DNA of 64,000 nucleotides, taken from Bacteroidota bacterium. Lineage in GTDB: Bacteria; Bacteroidota; Ignavibacteria; Palsa-1295. How positions within the stretch are numbered: position 1 is the first letter of the stretch; each line of letters opens with the position of its first letter. This document shows, in pieces, positions 61,492 to 64,000 of this stretch. The notes beneath the pieces are model-generated. The model was not told where the DNA came from, searched no databases, and saw only the letters and a list, made by a program, of their open reading frames with translations. The translations under genes were made by a program, and so were the position numbers. Where the stretch lies: positions 5,713 to 69,712 of the forward strand of contig JAJPIQ010000085.1 in NCBI GenBank assembly GCA_021324685.1, in the 5' to 3' direction.

Positions 61492-62271
61492 ATGATACTC
61501 ATAATCCCATCGATTCCGATCGTCCATGGCGTTTGTGGCGGCCAGATCGCTTCGCTTGCCCATGAAGTCCATCATGCCGATGGTGAGATTTATTCTCACG
61601 ATCCGATCGATCGCGCGCGATTACTCCGGAAAGAAAATGCAAAGATGCTCCATCTCGAGTTTCTGGATCGCGATGCGTGGGATGACTCCTGCCTGCGGCT
61701 TATCCATAACATCCGCGAAGCGGTCGATATACCGATCGGAGTTTCCGTGGCGGAGGTACCGGCGAGCGAAAACCAATGCAGACAATTGTTCGATGCTGGT
61801 ATTTATCGCATTTTTCTTCCGCTTGGAACTCCGGAAGCAATGTTTTTGCAGTATTGCAAACAATTCACTTCAAGGAAAATCATTCCTAAGGTCGATCTGA
61901 CGTACGAATTTGAAACGAAGCTGCCGCTGTATCGGAGCATGGGTGTCGAACGGATCGGTATCGATATTTCCAAAAGTGACCGGCTCGAAAGTGGAACGAT
62001 CGAGTGGGCACGACTTCAAAGAGCTGCAAAAATTGCTGGCGAACTGGGAATCCGGATTACTGCCTTACATGGCGTTCGCGGATATCCGGAACTTCGGGAG
62101 TTACAGGACTTACATGTCGCACTCGACTCTCTCATACTCTGTCGGGCCTTGAACGAAAATCGGTTTCCATGCCAACTTATCTGGCGCGAAATGGAAGCAA
62201 CTTCTGCGCTCGAATCGACGCCTGCAAGTAATCTTTGGAGCAACCCGTTAGCAGGAAAACCTCACATTTAA
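61492..62271 (+). CDS. HisA/HisF-related TIM-barrel protein, apparently catalytically degenerate
   Basis: MILIIPSI, YSHDP, ENAKMLH, IREAVDIPI, RALNENRFPCQ; lacks PAID and GGG motifs. Confidence 0.75.
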   Translation: MILIIPSIPIVHGVCGGQIASLAHEVHHADGEIYSHDPIDRARLLRKENAKMLHLEFLDRDAWDDSCLRLIHNIREAVDIPIGVSVAEVPASENQCRQLFDAGIYRIFLPLGTPEAMFLQYCKQFTSRKIIPKVDLTYEFETKLPLYRSMGVERIGIDISKSDRLESGTIEWARLQRAAKIAGELGIRITALHGVRGYPELRELQDLHVALDSLILCRALNENRFPCQLIWREMEATSALESTPASNLWSNPLAGKPHI

Positions 62272-62272
62272 T

Positions 62273-63850
62273 TTAACGCCGTTTAAAAAGATAAAAATGT
62301 CCGATCGTCGTCTCGAGCGAATAACGGCTTGTGAGGAACTGGAATAATTCCGTCCACTGAACGAGGGAATGATACGAATCGAGTGAACTGCCGGTAATAT
62401 ACGGCTTTGCGTCACCAAATTCCACTACGAAATAAGACGGACTCGAAACCTGAAGCTGAGAAAGAAGGCTTGCTTTCCAACGTACCGGAGTAAACGACGT
62501 TCGAAGCGGAGTCGCAGTCAGACATAGCGTGCCTGGATCCTTTCTCAAATAATAATAGATCCCAACGTCGTTCCCCCAGAGGAAGACATTCTCGTCCGAA
62601 ATTATCCTTTTGGAAAGATAACGAGCAACTTCAATCTGTTCCGTTGCAAAATAATCCGAAACCCGCAATTGCGCGCGTTCCACACGATCCTTCCTCAAGG
62701 CATGGAACGGCCAGTAAAACGTTTGTGTGAACAGTCGGGGCATAGGCGAAAAAATCGTGAGCAACAATATAAAAGCGAGCGCCATTACTGTTCTGCGATT
62801 TCCCTTTTGTCTCGTCATCGCCTCGCAGAACTTAAATATTCCAATTGCCATAAAGGGAGAGATCGCCCACAAAGCGCGCGTATACTGATATGGAAATTCA
62901 AATTTGCGTTCGAACAATATTCCCGCTAATTGTAAAATGAAAGTAAGAGCGAGTAATGAATAAAATACTTCGGTCTTTCCTTTATCAAGATTGTCCATTC
63001 TTCGGTAAAAATAATAGCCAAGCACCGCAAGAAGGAAAAGAGAAAGGGACATCGAATAGATCAATCGCTCGGGGAATATCACGAAGTAGTCTTCGAGCGC
63101 AGAACGATTCAGCGATGGAAGTGAACTATAATGTAAAAGCCATTCAAGCCATTCACGATATGGAGTAATTGCATCTGCCTGCCAAAGAATATACAGCCCG
63201 ACGAATCCTATAATAAACGCTGATAAAAAAAAGCCAGTCAAAAAATAAAGTGTTGCCTTCTTATCCATTTTCCTCGTAGCGATAATAACGAGGATACTTG
63301 CAACTCCACCGAACACGAAGGTGATCTTGAGCAAAAAAAGAGTAGCCGTTGCGACGGCCGCTGTTATCCCCAGGATGAACGCTTTCGACGAATTTTCAAT
63401 CGCACGAAGCGTCACATCGAGTAAAAGGACCGAAGGGATCAGTGCAAAACTTTCGGCTTGAGCGGTCATCCAGAATCCGGAGCCGGCATACATGATCTCT
63501 GTCAGGGAGACAGCAACGATTGCGATTTGAACACTGCAATAACGCCGCAGTACTCGAAAGAAATAATAGCAGGCAAGGAGTTGATAAATGACATCGAAAG
63601 CATGAGGCGCCCACATATGGTGTCCGAACATTGCGCTTGCAGCCGCATAAAGATAAAAAATGAGCGGGGGTTTCGTATCCAGAAAATCGCGAATCGGAAG
63701 GGCGCCGTTGCGTACCATCTCACCGCCGACACTAAAAACGGCTTGATCGTAACCAAAGGGATAAAAAATCGTTGCCACCAACATCACAAAAGCGATGATG
63801 GCAACAATTTTCAGGAATGGGCGAGAAAAATCAGAAGTGCGCGCGTTCAA
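62273..63850 (-). CDS. GT-C fold membrane glycosyltransferase (family 39/ArnT-like)
   Basis: YDQAVF, RDFLDTKPPLIFY, AQAESF, LLK; many TM helices. Confidence 0.83.
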   Translation of the reverse strand: MNARTSDFSRPFLKIVAIIAFVMLVATIFYPFGYDQAVFSVGGEMVRNGALPIRDFLDTKPPLIFYLYAAASAMFGHHMWAPHAFDVIYQLLACYYFFRVLRRYCSVQIAIVAVSLTEIMYAGSGFWMTAQAESFALIPSVLLLDVTLRAIENSSKAFILGITAAVATATLFLLKITFVFGGVASILVIIATRKMDKKATLYFLTGFFLSAFIIGFVGLYILWQADAITPYREWLEWLLHYSSLPSLNRSALEDYFVIFPERLIYSMSLSLFLLAVLGYYFYRRMDNLDKGKTEVFYSLLALTFILQLAGILFERKFEFPYQYTRALWAISPFMAIGIFKFCEAMTRQKGNRRTVMALAFILLLTIFSPMPRLFTQTFYWPFHALRKDRVERAQLRVSDYFATEQIEVARYLSKRIISDENVFLWGNDVGIYYYLRKDPGTLCLTATPLRTSFTPVRWKASLLSQLQVSSPSYFVVEFGDAKPYITGSSLDSYHSLVQWTELFQFLTSRYSLETTIGHFYLFKRR

Positions 63851-63942
63851 ACTTCTTCCTTAAACGATAATCGGAGCACTGATAAGTCCAACAATTTCTT
63901 CTTTATAGTATCGATTTCAAAATAGAATCATTGAAAGAAACA

Positions 63943-63959
63943 TGTATCGATTCGATACA
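63943..63959. promoter_or_regulatory. Perfect palindrome, possible operator
   Basis: TGTATCGA-T-TCGATACA, about 90 bp upstream of the GT-C start. Confidence 0.35.
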
Positions 63960-64000
63960 AATACAAAAAAGCTGTTCGAAGTTGAGAATTACAGCAATGC

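Noticed and set aside
63851-64000. Partial CDS at the right edge
   Set aside because: All minus-strand frames stop quickly and no product is recognisable

Overview
64-kb bacterial chromosomal window, most likely from a member of the FCB superphylum of the Ignavibacteria/Ca. Kapabacteria type. This is inferred from the many type IX secretion (T9SS) C-terminal-domain proteins, TAnnTTTG-type promoter motifs and gene order. Left to right: the end of a surface-polysaccharide cluster (sugar transferase, DegT aminotransferase, Wzy/ligase, three glycosyltransferases, one fused to a methyltransferase). Then a biotin carrier, a monoheme cytochrome-porin (Cyc2-like) gene and the nusA-infB-rbfA-truB-ribF operon, with a long structured leader where rimP usually sits. 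Next is an AT-richer ~6-kb block of secreted/T9SS genes punctuated by REP-like palindromes and containing three tandem paralogs. This is followed by dinB, a methyltransferase, DUF72, an MBL-rhodanese gene, TPR-cyaY-GNAT and pruA. A second AT-richer block holds a ~1,690-aa T9SS gene broken by two -1 frameshifts, an FG-GAP protein and an XRE regulator. Then come smc, DUF5916, a GltD-like flavoprotein, a class A beta-lactamase divergent from an ArsR/SRPBCC operon, purA with a switch-like leader, and a small HTH gene wrapped in RNA structure. The window ends with a BNR-repeat T9SS protein, a renalase-like flavoprotein with a ~270-aa prion-like/RGG-like tail, two GT-C glycosyltransferases and a degenerate HisA paralog. 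No tRNA, rRNA, CRISPR array, integrase or transposase was recognised. All calls are from reading motifs by eye; no database search was run.
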